DNA from: Guillardia theta CCMP2712
Lineage: Eukaryota; Protista; Cryptophyta
DNA length: 63,531 nt
Assembly (NCBI RefSeq): GCF_000315625.1
Contig: NW_005434621.1
Location: 392,246-455,776, forward strand
Direction: 5' to 3'
In this document: positions 40,163-54,011 of the stretch, piece by piece
Numbering within the stretch: the stretch's first letter is position 1
Layout of the letters: every line of letters begins with the position of its first letter
Position numbers and translations under genes: made by a program
Notes under the pieces: model-generated
Databases searched by the model: none
What the model saw: the letters and a program-made list of their open reading frames with translations, nothing else
Told to the model about the DNA's origin: nothing

Positions 40163-41365
40163 ATGGCGGAGGTGCATGTAGTGGGCAGCATAGCACAAGG
40201 CGAAGACTTCGACGAGCCATCGCTGCTGTGCAAGTGGTGAGAGACGATGCTGGTGGTTGCGATGATGATGGAGACGATGATGACGATTGCGAAGATGATA
40301 GATGATTGAGATGACGATGATGATGATAAAGTCATGATAATGATGGCGATGATGATAATAATGATGGAGATAATGATGATGGGATTGAAGAGGCGAAGAG
40401 GGATCTGTATGTGAAACAAAGAAGAGGCCTATCGGTTTGAAAAATTCTCAGGAGTATCGTAACTGACGATGGTCGAGCCGACAACAAAAGATGGACATTA
40501 CTGGAAGGGTTTGCTAGCGGGCAGACACAGGCATTCCTTTCCTTCTCACTCCCTTTCGTGAGCATGAAGTGTCTAGGTGGACGTGATGCCGAGGGGAGAG
40601 CCATGCGTCTGGTCATATCCCCTCGATCTACACTACAGCACTACAGCGCTACAAGGATGGCCCAAGTTTCACTGCGAGGTTTCGTGCATAGACCTGTCTG
40701 TGCCACGATCATGTGAGCTCGTCCTTTAGGTCTGGAGCCAAGACAGTCACGGGAGGAACAGCCTGGCAGGATATGGCTTCTGCTATGTGAGAAGCCCTTG
40801 TGATGACATCGACTTGTCTGCTGACCCGGCATGGCTCCTTCTCCCTCAGATCCCTTCAAGCCCTGGGACATACGAGCTCAAGGTCTGCACATGGCGACCG
40901 AAGCCTCAGAGTTGGTTGGAGTATGTCAGCGCGTTCTTTCTCGGTCTCTTCCTCCTCCTGTAGAGCAACACAAGTCTCACGATCACGCGTGGCAGGAGCG
41001 TATCCGCAGCTGAAGGACTCCGATCTCATATGGCGACAGGTGACGTTCTTTTGTTGGCCCTCCTTGTGTGATAGAAGATGCTTCCTCGCATAGCTGATGT
41101 AGTGGCGGTTGATCCTGCTGTCTGTTGATCGTGATGGTGGTGGAGAAGATGAACATGAAGCCGATGCTGCTGCTGTCATGGTCGATGACATGAGGTCTTG
41201 TCTTGCAGGACGATCGTTACAGGCTGTCGACCTTCGCTTCAGGAGTCGTCGTTCTTCGTATCTCGGTGAGGTCATATTCCCAGCTGGATGGCTGCTGACA
41301 ACGAGCAGGTCATCACTCTAGGCTTCGAGAAGCACGGCATCCAGTACAGCTCGACCTCCTCCTAA
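40163..41365 (+). CDS. B9D2: B9 domain-containing protein 2 (ciliary transition zone, MKS module)
   Basis: [25 protein letters not shown]; [13 protein letters not shown]|[34 protein letters not shown]; [16 protein letters not shown]; [13 protein letters not shown]; ends [14 protein letters not shown]. Confidence 0.93.
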
Positions 41366-41527
41366 GCTCTTCACTCCCTCCAGCTCTCCCTCAAGCTGTG
41401 TCGTTCTCCTCTCCCCTCTCCCTCTCAGTTTGTTTCTCTCGAATTCTTTCAGTTCGAATGTTTGAAGACGATTAAAGTGTAAAGCATAACAGACTTCATC
41501 GTCTACGTCGGTCGTCAGCCTCCTCCG

Positions 41528-44500
41528 CTACGTTAGCTTCAGCCGGCTCAACAACTCCTGGAAATGCGCTAGAGAAGTTTCGCTGCTGATTGCTGGCCCG
41601 GGGGCGGCAGCCGGGCGATCAGTGCGACGGTCTACGTTGTCAAGGAGAGCGTTCCATGGCGAAGCATCTTGGAGCAGCTGAAGGAGCGAGATGAGGATCA
41701 GGTGAGGGGTAGGGAAACAGAGGTAGAAGTGTGGCAGGAGAGTGAAGAAGAGAGGAAAAGAGTGCCAGAGGAAGGAGGAGGAGGAGAAAAAAGGAGGGAG
41801 GAAGGAGGGAGGAGAAGGAGGAGACTGACAGGAGCGAAGCCAGAGACGACGAGGTGTCTCTTTGCTCGGGTGATGGCGACGTTGACCCTGTAGAAGCTTG
41901 AGAAGGGCAGCAGTAGGGGAAGCTTGAGGTACCTGCGAGGGTTGCAGATGTGGGACAGGGGGAGAGACCTCCACTCATCCTTGTAAGGCAGACAAACACG
42001 ATGTCTCGTTCCTCTCCCTTGGTCAGCGTCAGCCTCCTCCTGATCCTCGTCCTCCTCGTCCTCCTCCTTCCTCCTCCTCCTCGTCCTCCTCCTCGCTTCT
42101 CCTCTTCATCCTCCTCCTTTCTTGCCCCTCCTCGTTTCTGGCTCCTCCTCCTCCTCCTCGCTCCTCCTCCTCCTCATCCTCCTCCTCGCTTCTCTTCATC
42201 CTCCTCCTCCCTCCTCCTACTTTCTCACTCCTCCTCCTCCTCCTCCTTTCTCGCTCCTCCTCCCTCCTTGCTTCTCTTGCTCCTCCTCCTCCTCCTCCTC
42301 CTCCTCCTCCTCTCTTGCCTGGAAAGCATCAACCGTGCTCACTTTTACGTGTCGAGTGATTTCAGTCAAGTCACGCGAAATGTCCTTGACCAGGTCGCGC
42401 TGCAGCAAAAGACTTCAACATGGTATGCGATGAGGAGGCAGGGGAAAGTAGTGGAACGGGGAGGAGGAGAGGTGTGGAGGAGGTAGCGAGGAGAGGACGA
42501 GGAGGAGGAAATGTGGGCAGGAGGTAAAGAGGAGAGGACGAGGAGGAGGAAATGTGGGCAGGAGGTGAAGAGGAGAGAATGAGGAGGAGATAGAGAGGAG
42601 ATAGAGAGGAGAAGAGAGGAGGGGAGGAGGAAGAGGAGCATGACTCAGGAGACTTCGTACTCACGTCGGTACTGGACATTTTAGATCTCGCAGCCTTTTC
42701 GAGGAGGAGGAGGAGCCTCTGAATCATACCCACCTGCGCTCGATACATGCAGATGATGCCGATCTGAGGGGTCACGTCAGTGATCCGACGAAGAGGAATG
42801 CAACGGGAGATGGAGGTGGAGGTGATAATGGTGGTGGTGGAGGAGGAGGAGGAGGAGGAGGGAAGGGAGGGGGAAGGAGGAGGGAAGAGAGGTTGGGGGG
42901 AGGAGGATGAGGGAGGAGGGGGAGGAGGAGCAGGAGGAGAGGAGAAGATCAGCTCTGGCTCACCTGCTTTGCCGGCACGTTGGCCCTGAGGAGTTTGCTC
43001 AAGAGGCCGAGGACAGCAGCGGCTTCATGGAAGTCCGACCAGTTCCTTAGCTCCTGCACGTCCGAGCCGAAGTCGGAGAGGAAGGAGTCGGAGGTCACCT
43101 CCTGCTGCATGAAGGCTGGCAGAGAGGAGCGGTCAAGCGAGGACGTGTCGAGAAAGAGAGTGGGGGGCAGGAAGCATATCGCCTGCCTGTCCTCCCCTGC
43201 TACTCCGTCCTTGACCTCCTGGTTGTAGAAGAGGAGGGAGGCCAAGCGGGAGATGCGAGGATGACATCGGTACTGCCGGGTGAGGCGAATGCTGGAGGAG
43301 GGCGATAGCTCACTGAGCCGCTGCAGGAATGTGAGACGAAGAGGATGTGGAGGGCGAGGAGGAGGAGGAGGAGGAGGGACAACGAGGAGGAGGAGGAGGA
43401 GGAACAACGAGGAGGCTTGTGAAGCAATTTGAGAGAGTGCAGGAGTGAGGGGAATGAAGGGAGAGGAGTGGGATAGCGCAGGAGCAGCAGGAGCAGGAGC
43501 TCAGGGAGGAGGAGGAAGAGGGGCATGGAAGACCTCGAAGAGAGTTCTTGTCAGGTCATCTGCCGGGCCCAGCAGTCGGTTGGGTCCTCGTAACGTGGGA
43601 GGAAGTTGTTTAGGATCTCCGACGAGGATCACGCGCGCAGGATGGAACCTCAGCAGCGGCAGCAGGCAGGCAGGCTGAGCTGTCAGTGAGACTAGCTCCT
43701 CCTCCTCCTCCTCCTCCTCCTCCTCTTTCCTCCTCGCACCTCAGGGATCTGAGTCGCCTCGTCTACGATCACAAAGTCAAACTCGCAGTCGTCCAAGGAG
43801 GAGAAGGAGCAGGAGGCGATGGTTGCTGCACAATCATCAGCAGCATCCTCAGCTGACCCGCGTGCTCACCCCCCACGATGATGGGCTTCGACTGCTCGGG
43901 CCGCCTCCTCTCTTCGTGCTTCAGCTGCAGGCACGAGTACTTGAGCAGGTCCTTTGACATCCTCGTCGCGCTCCCGTGCCGCTCAAAGTCCTTGATGCCG
44001 CGCTGCTCCAGGCTCAGCAGCACGCGATCCACCGCCACGTTTGTCCAGCTGACGACGAGGACGCGGAGAGGATGGAGAGCCGTCGAGCTCTGCTGGGTTA
44101 GGTCAATGGAAGGAGGAGGAGAAGGAAGGGGAAGAGGAGGAGGAAGGGGAAGAGGAGGAGGAAGGGGAAGAGTAAGCACCTGCTCGGCCCTCTTGCTCAG
44201 TCGGTAGAGGAGGAGAATGATAGCGCTGAGGAGGTGGGTCTTGCCGCTCCCGAAGATGCCGAAGAGGAGGATGAAGGGGTTGACCTCTTGCTGCGGATCA
44301 GAGGCAGGGAGGAGCGACTTCTTGACAGCCTGCAGTGCAAGCTGCTGCTCCTCGTTGAGAGCAAAGTGCTTGAGAATGTCCTCCGCCTCCTCCTGCTCTG
44401 CCGTCAGGTCTTCTCCACCTGACCCTCCGCTACCTCCAATGCTCCTTTGAAGCTCGCCTGATCCTCCTCGGAGAGCTGCCGGAGGCTGGAAGAAGAGTGA

Positions 44501-47500
44501 GGAGAGCAGGAGGAAGAGAGCGGACGATAAGCAACCGCTGATGTAGAACGTCGTCCTGTGAGGTGACGGGACCGAGTGCGAGCAGGGAGCGGAAGAGAGG
44601 AGGCGAGCGTCTCTTCGTCCTCTCCTCCCTCGTCAGGTTCGCCAGGACGTCGAGCATGTAGACTTCAGTCGCCACGTTTGACCCCCGGAGAGCGAAGACT
44701 CTAGTGACGCGGGAGGATCGAGGAGGAGGAGAAGACAGAAGAGGCTTGACGGACACGAGACCTGACGGAACCATCACCACTGCAGCATCCTTCGTCTCCC
44801 CTCCTCCCCTCCACTTCTCTCCCTTCCTTTATCCCTCCCTCCATGCCCTTCCTTTCACTCTTCCCACTCCCTGCCGTCCCCTCTCTCTACCTGATGACGA
44901 GACGCCGTAGTACTCGCTACGAGCAAGGAAGGTGAAGGAATTGTCGTCGGTTGGCTCGTCGAAGGTGGGAGAGGAGGAGATGACCCACAGGTCGTCCTTG
45001 TCGTAGGATGAAGACTGTCGAGACGAGAGTCACGAGAGAGAAGAAGAGGAAGGGAAAGTTAGAGGAAGGGGATGGGAAGGGACAAGAGGAGAGAAGGAGA
45101 GTGAAAAGTGGCCAGAGGGAAAGACAGGGACAGGGGGTGTAAGAGGTGCAGGAGAGGTTGAAGGAGGAGGAGGAGGAGGAGGAGGAGGAGGAGGAGGAGG
45201 ACCAGAAGGACGAGGAGGAGGAGGAGGTTCTCTTACTTCTTTGCGTGCTGCTTGTCTTGAATTGGAAGCTTCAAGTACATTTTATGATTCTCGTCGTCAT
45301 CTTCATCCTCTTCCTCACGATCTCTCCTGCTCGTCGATTGACCGGGAGAAGGTGAAAAAGTGTGAGGTACCTGCGAGTTCGTCTCTGTCGCAGCATACTC
45401 CTTCTCATCATCTCTGCCTTCTTCTTCCTGTCAGCCTCCTCCTCCTCCTCCTCCTCCTCCTCTNNNNNNNNNNNNNNNNNNNNNNNNNNNNNNNNNNNNN
45501 NNNNNNNNNNNNNNNNNNNNNNNNNNNNNNNNNNNNNNNNNNNNNNNNNNNNNNNNNNNNNNNGAAAGCCACGTCGACCTCCTCCTCCTCCTCCCCCCCC
45601 CCCTCTGCAGCGAACCATCACCTGCCAAACCTTCCATGGCGACTTACCTTGGCCTTGAGATTCTCTTGCTTCCCCCACTCCTCTTCCTTGTTTGCTTCTT
45701 CTGCTGACAGTGGGAAAGAAAAATTCTACACTTGCCATCTTCTCTCGTCCCTCCACCGCCTCGGCTCCTCCTCCTCCTCCTCCTCCTCCTCCTCCTCCTC
45801 CTGTCTCTGCCTCCGTCGAGTCCTCAAAGTCCTCAACATTGTCCCTTGCCGGTCCATCTCGCGTCAACATCTGTTTCACCTGAGCCTCACCCGACATACC
45901 GTCGATCCCCTCCATGTCGACCATACCACCCATCTCCTCCTCCACTCTGATCGCACCTCTCCACCTCTCACTCTCTTCCCCCTCAGCTCGGAAAGCCTCG
46001 CTAAGCTCCATCTCCTCCCTCATGGTCTCTGCCGTTTTGTCTTCGGTTGCTCGCTGCATGTTCAAGGACTGGATGTTACTTCGCACGTTCTTTTCACCCC
46101 AGCAGTATCCTTCTACTTTTAGAACTCGCTGCAAATATCTTCAGAGTCCCGTAAAATCTCCTCCTCCTCCTCCTCCTCCTAACCCCTCCCTCCTCACCTG
46201 TGACATTCCGCAGACTTTACAAGCATATCGACCTCCTGGGTACGAGGGCACACGAGAAGGACCTCGGAGTTCAACTTGGATGCGCGAGTTTGAAGCTCTT
46301 TCAGCCTTGACATCAAATCAGCATGACGATGATGTTGGAAATGATGTTGAAAATGACGGTGACAATGATGTTGAAAATGATGGTGATGGTGATGGTGGTG
46401 GTGATGATGATAAGGACGATGGAGGTGGTTATGGCAATGAGACAAATGAGTATCGGGGACAAACAAGTTGTTCACTTGTTTACCTGGATTGTTCCACAGT
46501 TTGCGCAACGAACAAACAGAAAGAGGTGGCGGATATCTGACATGAACGTGTCTGACATCAACAAACAAGTTCCCCACTGTCTGCATTACCTTTCACTACC
46601 TCGCCCTCACTTTTCTTCCCAACAGTCTCATCACTTTGCATTCTTTCTTCCAAGCTCGACTCGGGATATTCCAGCACAAACTTTGACCGACTCTCGCCAT
46701 CCTCGCTTGCTCGTGGCTTCTCCTCCTCCTCCTCCTCCTCCCATCCTCTTCCCACCATCTCCTCCTTCCTGCGTCTCTCAGTCCGCTGGTTCTCCTCAAC
46801 TCGAGGAGCTTTGAAGTTGGGCGCGCTCCCATCCGACTCGTTTGAAATTCTCTGCAGCCCCACTCGCCGCGTCTGCAGCTCCAACGACCTCCTTCCGGTC
46901 GGCTCCTCCTTGGCCCTGCATCTCACTTCACCTCCTACCGCAGCTTCGCACAGCCTCGCCTGTCGACGTCGCTCACGTCCTCTCCTCTCGACGTGATGTC
47001 GACCGAGAACTCTCTCATCTTCACAACTTCTCCAACTTTGGCGTTCACCTGCCGCATCCTTCAGGCTGAAGCTCTCGGTGCTCAGCCTCACCTTGCCCCC
47101 CTTGCACACAACCTTGCGATCCTCGTCCAGCAGTGTCGCTTCCCCACGGCTGCTGACAACCTGCGAAGATGCGCATGAGGTGGCAGACTTTAGGAGGAGG
47201 AGGCATTTCTCACCAGAAAACCATCTTGCCAGCGCTGGTTGGCCCTTTTATGATGGATGCGGTCCGTGAAGACACATCTGAGCATGAGATCACTGGAAGG
47301 CGCAGGATCAGACGAGCAGGCGAGGACCGGAATGTTTCAGAGTTGATCGGTTCGCCTTTCAATACAATCATCCGACAAAGAAATGAAATTACATGTATTG
47401 ACCTGCAGTCGTGCCCCGCGCTGCTTGCACTCGTGGTCCTCGTAAACATGAAGTTGAGGACACCGCGGTGAAGATGATGAAGAGACGAAGTGGAAGAGAG

Positions 47501-47726
47501 GCAGAGGTGAAGGAGCTCTGCAGCATCAGGGTTGCTTCCAAACTCCCTCACATTCTGACTGGTCCCTTTCAATCTTTCCCCATCTCAAGTCGTGATCGTA
47601 ACTTCTTCTTGAGTTGGTGTCTTTGAGCCATTCCTCGTCGATGTTGTCACATGCTTCCTCTGGGATCGGCTCTCCTCGCCATTCCATCCCTCCCCCCCCC
47701 CCCTCCTTCTCCTCGTAGCGTCTCAT
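41528..47726 (-). CDS. ZGRF1: ZGRF1-like protein: N-terminal DUF2439-like motif plus C-terminal UPF1-like SF1 helicase
   Basis: HKRANQRWQDGFL (DUF2439-like), YDKDDLWVISS...FLARSEYYGVSS, Walker A FGIFGSGKT, WTNVAVDRVL, DEATQ, VGDPKQLPPT, QYRCHPRIS, IGIICMYRAQV, STVDAFQ, NVAITRAKRHL. The 5' end is uncertain. Confidence 0.8.
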
Positions 47727-48732
47727 CTCGATCCTGACATTTTCGGGCTCATCATCCCCCTCATCCTCTCATTTTACCACCGGTACCGAGATCTCAAAAG
47801 ATGTAGTTGAAATGGGGGTAGGGGTTCAAATCACAGTGGTCGATCGTTTTCTATTTTTTTTATTCTTTAGTAAAGGAATCATTAGTAACTAAAGTTTTTA
47901 TGTAGCAAATAAGTATTGGCTAAAGAAATCTATTTATATTGTTCTGCCCCCACCCCCCGCCAGCATGCTGGCCTTCCCCCTCGGCACAGCCACCCCAGCG
48001 CCATCCTGCCGCCTCCCTGCTCCTCCTCCTCCTCCTGCTCCTCCTGCTCCTCCTCCTCCCACTATCCTAGTGACTCATTCCTGCTTGCTCATCACCAACC
48101 CCTGCCCTGCTCCCATCCTCCTCCCCCGCCATGCAGTCTCTTCAAGTCAGTCCGCGTGCTTGCCATGCAGACACTTGAAGGCTGCGACATCATCGGCTGC
48201 GATTCTCTTCCTCCCCTGTCCTGTTTGTTTTGTTCTGAAACCTCCCATCCTTTCCCGCTGCCCCTTCATGAATCGTTATGTGTCCATGCAATCTCCTTGA
48301 GATGTGGTGGTGTGATTCAAAGTCATTTGCTTGACGACACGCTGAAGCCAGTCAAACTCTCCGAGACAACATGCGCATGTGCATGTCTTCACTATGATCA
48401 TGTCTCCTCCCACAAAATTCTATGCTTTAGAGCGTTTGTTTCGATCTGCTTGTTTGTATGGCTGGAATTCAAGCCGATGACGTGGATGAATGAGATGACA
48501 AGGAGGGTCGTGAATGTCTGCTCGCCATTGATCTTGCTTGCGTTCGCTCATACGAACAGAGTCATCTCTTACATGCTTCTGCTTTCAGGAAGATTCGCGT
48601 CCATCAGAGACAATTATAAGCTCAGTTGTTCACCAATCACCCAGCAAGAGCTAAGGATCATCGTCGGTGGCCAGAGACGTTCACTAGTGGTTGCGCGCTC
48701 CTCCACTGACCCTCTCGATTGTTGTGGCTGCC

Positions 48733-51700
48733 ATGGATGGTCAGACGTTCTGCTCAGTTGCAAGGCAGGGCATCAGCAAGCTTCAGAAGGCGATCCACGA
48801 GCATAAGAAGCAGAAGGAGGCTGAAAACATCAGCGGCGCGTGCGAGCGCTTCTTGCTCGACCTTGACAAACTCTCTGAACCCTCCAACTCCAACGATCCT
48901 GTCAATCTCCAAGAAAACTTCGACTATGCCGCTCTCTTCGTTCCTTTCCTCGCCGCCCTTGAGCTTCGCAACCCCAAGCTGACCGAGTCTGCGCTTGACT
49001 CACTGCACGAGTTCATTGCGCATGGATACCTCAAGGACCTGAACCTCCGCACAGACCCGCCTCGAAGCCTCGCGGAAGTTCTTGTAGAGAATGTGTGTGG
49101 ATGCAGCAGCATAGAAGACGAGACCGTGCAGATGCAAGTCATCCGAGTCCTCCAGACCTCTGTCATGTGCGAGCCCAGCATTGTGCATGGCGCCAACCTA
49201 CTTCAGAGCGTTCGGACTTGTTTCAATCTGCACCTGGGGAGCAGCAGCCAAGCGAATCAGACGGCTGCCAAGGCTGCGCTGTCGCGAATGATCAACGCGA
49301 TGATGAACCGACTAGAGGGCCTCCCTGCCTCAGCATCCCGACACGTCGAGGACCGTGGGATTCCTGACCTGCCGGCCTCTGTCCCCAGCACCCCCGAGCC
49401 TGCCAAGAGCTCTCAAGCCGGCGACTTTCCTGCGGAGCACCCGGAGATGCCTGCCCCGAGCCCCAACGGGTCCCACATGAACGGATCCGCTGCACATACG
49501 AAGACGCCCGAAGCGGAGAAAGTCAGCGAAGAGACAGACTTCAAGTCTGTTGAAGAGCGAGACGTGTATGAAGTTTTCCACAGACTCTGCAGACTGTCGA
49601 TGAAGTATGAAGTAGTGGACAGCTGGGTGAAGCCAGACGAGACGATGAATATGCAGAGCAAGATGCTCTCGCTCGAACTTCTTCTCTCCATGCTCGATCA
49701 GAGTGGTCCCAAGTTCAAAGGTTAGATGCTCGTTGCTGTGAGTCGTGCCGCTGATCCTGTTTGCTTGTCCAGGTTCCGCAAAGTTCATAACTTGCATCAA
49801 GCAGCAGCTCTGCATGTCTCTCTTGAAGAACGGAGTGTCTCCTGCTCCGCGAGTCTTCAAGGCAGCGCTGCAAGTGTTCGTGACGTTGATCTTGAACTTC
49901 AAGACGCACCTCAAACAGGAGATCGGAGTTTTCTTCACGACCATCTTCTTGAGGATATTGGAATCTCCTCACTCTACCTACCAACAGAAGACCATGGTCC
50001 TCCAACTCCTTCACAGCATCTTCCGAGACCCGCAGACCGTCGTGGATGTCTTTGTAAACTACGACTGCGATTTAAAGCAGGTCACCTGTCCTCCCTCCCT
50101 CCCTCCATCCATCCATCCATCCATCCATCCCTCCTTCCATCCATCCCTCCCTCCCTCCCTCCCTCCCTCCCTCCCTCCCTCCCTCCCTCCCTCCTGTGCC
50201 TAACGTCCCACAGGTTGACATCTTCGCCAAGATGCTAAACCAGCTTACCCGGACGGTTCAATCGGGAAGTGGCGCTTCCAAAGACACCGGTTACTTTACG
50301 CCCGAGCAGGTTCATCTCCCTCCCTCGCCACATCAATATCATTCGTTTTTCCTTGTTCAACTACCTCTACTCCCCTGTTTCGCTCCCTTCCCTTTCTCTC
50401 CCTCTCTTCTCCCTTCCCTTGCTCCCTCCCCCTCTTTCCAACCCATCCCATCTCCCTCTCTCTCCTTCTTCTCCTTGTCTTCTCCTCCTCTGTCTGGCTT
50501 GACTGCGTCTTTCTCGTCCTCATGTCTGACGATCCTCCAGGAGTTTCAGCTGCGATCGCGGGGTACGGACGCGCTCGTGTCAATGGTGGAGTCGCTGATG
50601 AGGTCGGAGGTCTGCTGGGGTTCTGCTGGAGCTGACCCGCAAGCAGGTTCAGCAAGCTCGTCGAGAAGGACTTCATCTGGCTGGAGACGGGGGAGATTCT
50701 TCCCAGGTCCATGGCCAAGAACGAGAGCAGCGAGGGAGACCTGGAGAGCTCCGTAGACTCGAGGGTGGGAGGAGAGAGCGAAGACGTGGACCCCGTGCTG
50801 AAGCAGAAGGAGCACAAGACGCAGCTGCAGCAGGGGATCAAGGCGTTCAACCTCAAGCCCAAGAAGGGAATCGAGATCCTCACGTCCTCCGGTCACCTCA
50901 AGAAGGAGCCGCAAGCCATCGCCGCCTGGTTTCACAACCAGCCGAGCTTGGACAAGAAGGCGATCGGAGAGTACATGGGGGAGCCGGACGAGTTCAACAA
51001 GGCGGTGCTGTACGCCTACGTCGACATGATGTCCTTCGCCAACATGACCATCGACGAGGCTCTTCGCCACTTCCTCTCGGGTTTCTGGCTGCCCGGGGAA
51101 GCGCAAAAGATCGACCGCATGATGGAGAAGTTCGCGGAGAGATTCTGCAAGGACACCGACTCCTTCTCCAACGCCGACACTGCATACGTGCTCGCCTACT
51201 CCATCATCATGCTCAACACTGACGCGCACAGCCCCAAGATCGCTAAGAAGATGACCAAGGAAGAGTTCGTGCGCAACAACCGAGGGATCAACGACGGGAT
51301 GGACCTGCCACCTGAGTTCCTGGAAGGAATCTACGATCGGATAGTGGCCAGCGGCTTCAAAGTGAAGGAGGACGAAGACGTTGCCACGTCAATGTCCACG
51401 GACTCCGAGAAGTCAGTGCATGAAAGGTACCGAGCTGAAGCCCAGCAGCTCATGTCAACAGCTCAGGGGCTGCTGAAGAAGGCGGCGGAGCAGAGCTCTG
51501 ATCACTTCTTGATCTCCAACAAGTCGGAGCACGTCATCTCGATGCTCGAGATCAGCTGGGCTCCCATGCTCGCGGCCTTCAGTGTGGTCATGGAGGAGTC
51601 AACGGACAACGGGCTGATCGCACAGTGTCTCAAGGGCATGACGGGAGCCATCACTCTCCTCAGCATCTTCAGGCTCCACAGCCAGCGCGACGCGTTCGTC

Positions 51701-53959
51701 TCCACCCTCACTCAGTTCACCAACCTCCATGGCCACACGGTGCGCGAGGTGCGACAGAAGAACCTCGAGAGCATCCAAGCCGCCATCGCCATCGCCCGCA
51801 ACCTCGGAAACTTCCTGGGCTCCTCCTGGGGACCTGTGCTCCGCTGCTTCAGCGAGCTCGACCGCCTGCAGCTTGCGGGCTCGGGGTCGCGGTTGGGAAA
51901 CGTTTTCGGAGGGTCGGAGAGCTCGGGGAGCCACGGGTCGAGGAGGGAGTGGTTCGAGGACAAGGACAACCGCAAGGAACTCATCGAAGAAGCCAACTCC
52001 CTCAAGCTCGAAGAGATCGACACCGCCGCCATCGATCGCGTCTTCTCCTCCTCCGCTCGCCTGAGCGACGAAGCCATCATCGACTTCGTGAAGCACCTTG
52101 TGGCTGTCTCTCACGAGGAGATCGAGTCCTGCCCTTCCGCCCCGCGCGTGTACAGCATGCAGAAGATCGTAGAGATCACCTACTTCAACATGTCGAGGAT
52201 CCGCATCGTGTGGTCGCGCATCTGGTCAATCCTGGGGGAGCACTTCCAGAGCGTCGCGCTCGCGGTCAACACGGAGCTCTCGATGTACGTCATCGACTCC
52301 ATGCGGCAGCTGGCGCTCAAGTTCCTGGAGAAGGACGAGCTGACGTCCTTCCACTTCCAGCGAGACTTTCTCAAGCCGTTCGACTTCGTCATCGCCAACA
52401 GCAAGACGGCTGAGATCCGCGAGCTGGTCGTGCGCTGCCTCACGCAGGTGGTTCGATCGACGGCGAGGAACATCAAGTCGGGCTGGAAGATCGCCTTCCA
52501 GGTGCTCAACATCGCAGGGCGAGACGAGTCAGACACCATCGTCCTCCTCGCCTTCGACCTCGTCCGGAAGGTCATCCACGAGAGCTTCCACCAGGTCACT
52601 TCCGACCCGGCCCATGGCCACCTCGCCTACGCCGACTGCCTCAACTGCCTGGGCGTGTTCGCCAAGAACCTTCGGAACAAGGAGGTGGCGCTGGAGGCCG
52701 TGGACCTCATGTGCCTCTGCAACAAGATCTCCCTGCAGGCTCTTGGCGAGGACCTCGACCACACGCTCTTCACCGACAGTGAGCGGCACGTCAGGATCTG
52801 GTTCCCCATCCTCACCGGCCTCGCCGGCCTCTCCTCCGACCCTCGTCTCGACCTTCGCACTCGCGCGCTCGACAAGCTCTTCGAGACGCTCATGGCGTAC
52901 GGGCCCAACTTCGACAAGAGCTTGTGGGGGCACGTGTTCCATGGCGTTCTCTTCCCCATGTTCGACGACGTGTACCACGTGGACGAGGTGGCGGACACGG
53001 AGTGGCTTGAAACCTCCTTCTCTGCTGCCATGGCCCAGATGACGGACGTGTTCGTGTCGTGCTTCGAGGGCGCGTCGCCGCTGCTACAGGAGTTTCTCAA
53101 GATGCTTTCCCTCTGCATCGTTCAGCACAACGAGCGGCTGGCGGAGATGGGCGTCAACAGCATCAAGCGGCTGCTCAGTGAGGCGGGTCGGCAGTTCTCG
53201 TCGGAGATGTGGGCCATCACCTGCGGGACGGTGGTGCAGCTCTTCGAGTCTGCGGGGCCTCTGAGGGAGGAGGAGCTCGCGGGGGGGAGCGACATGGAGG
53301 AGAGGCTGCGGGCGGTCGAGTCGCGACATCGAGTGAGGATGCTCCTCTTCCGCCTCGTGCAAGACCTCTGCTACGACTTCTGCGACGTCCTCACCGAGGC
53401 TCAGGTGCTCCAACTCCTCAACCTGCTGGGCTCAGCACAGAGCAACGCGATGGGGCTGTCGGGGGAGGGGAGGGAGAGGATGGGAGCGAGTCAGTTCCTC
53501 CAGTGGATCTACGCGGAGTCAGCGGAGGCGTCGAGGAGCGAGCTGCAGTTCATGATCGGCGCCTACCAGACCGCCAAGGGGGACTCGCGGTACCTCGAGA
53601 CCCGCCTGCTGGAGCGCCTGCTGGAGGTGCTGAGGGAGTACTCGGGCCTGACTTCGCAGGACCAGAGGGGGAAGTGGGAAGAGGAAGAGGCGGCGGGAGT
53701 GACCCAGGGGAGCAGGAAGGAAGCGGAGGAGGTGGAGGCTGCGCCCTACCGAGAGCAGATCCGATGGATCCTCGCGCCGACGGTGATTGTGATCCTGCAA
53801 GGACTGGCAGCACTCGACCAGCAGCGGTTCGAGCGGCTGCTTCCCCACATCTACCCTCTGCTGTGCGCGCTGGTGGAGGGCAACGACGGGAGAGTTCGAT
53901 CGCTTCTCTCCAACCTCTTCCTCCTGCGAGTGGGTCCAGCCCTGAGGATCATGAACTGA
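48733..53959 (+). CDS. Large ARF guanine-nucleotide exchange factor, BIG/Sec7 subfamily
   Basis: DCB, HUS (VFVNYDCDL), Sec7 domain (FWLPGEAQKIDRMMEKF; AYSIIMLNTDAH), HDS regions (SMQKIVEITYFNMSRIRIVWSRIW; DSMRQLALKFLEKDELTSFHFQRDFLKPF; NIKSGWK). Confidence 0.95.
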
Positions 53960-54011
53960 CCTCCTCCTCTTCGACTTGTAATCTACAGTTCTCATGTGCG
54001 TCAGGACAAGC

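Noticed and set aside
47916-48806. 296-aa ORF upstream of BIG
   Set aside because: Low-complexity with no recognisable domain; probably promoter or 5' UTR/intron.
51075-51115. Sec7 motif FWLPGE instead of the usual FRLPGE
   Set aside because: The catalytic Glu finger is intact; a single substitution is not enough to claim altered function.
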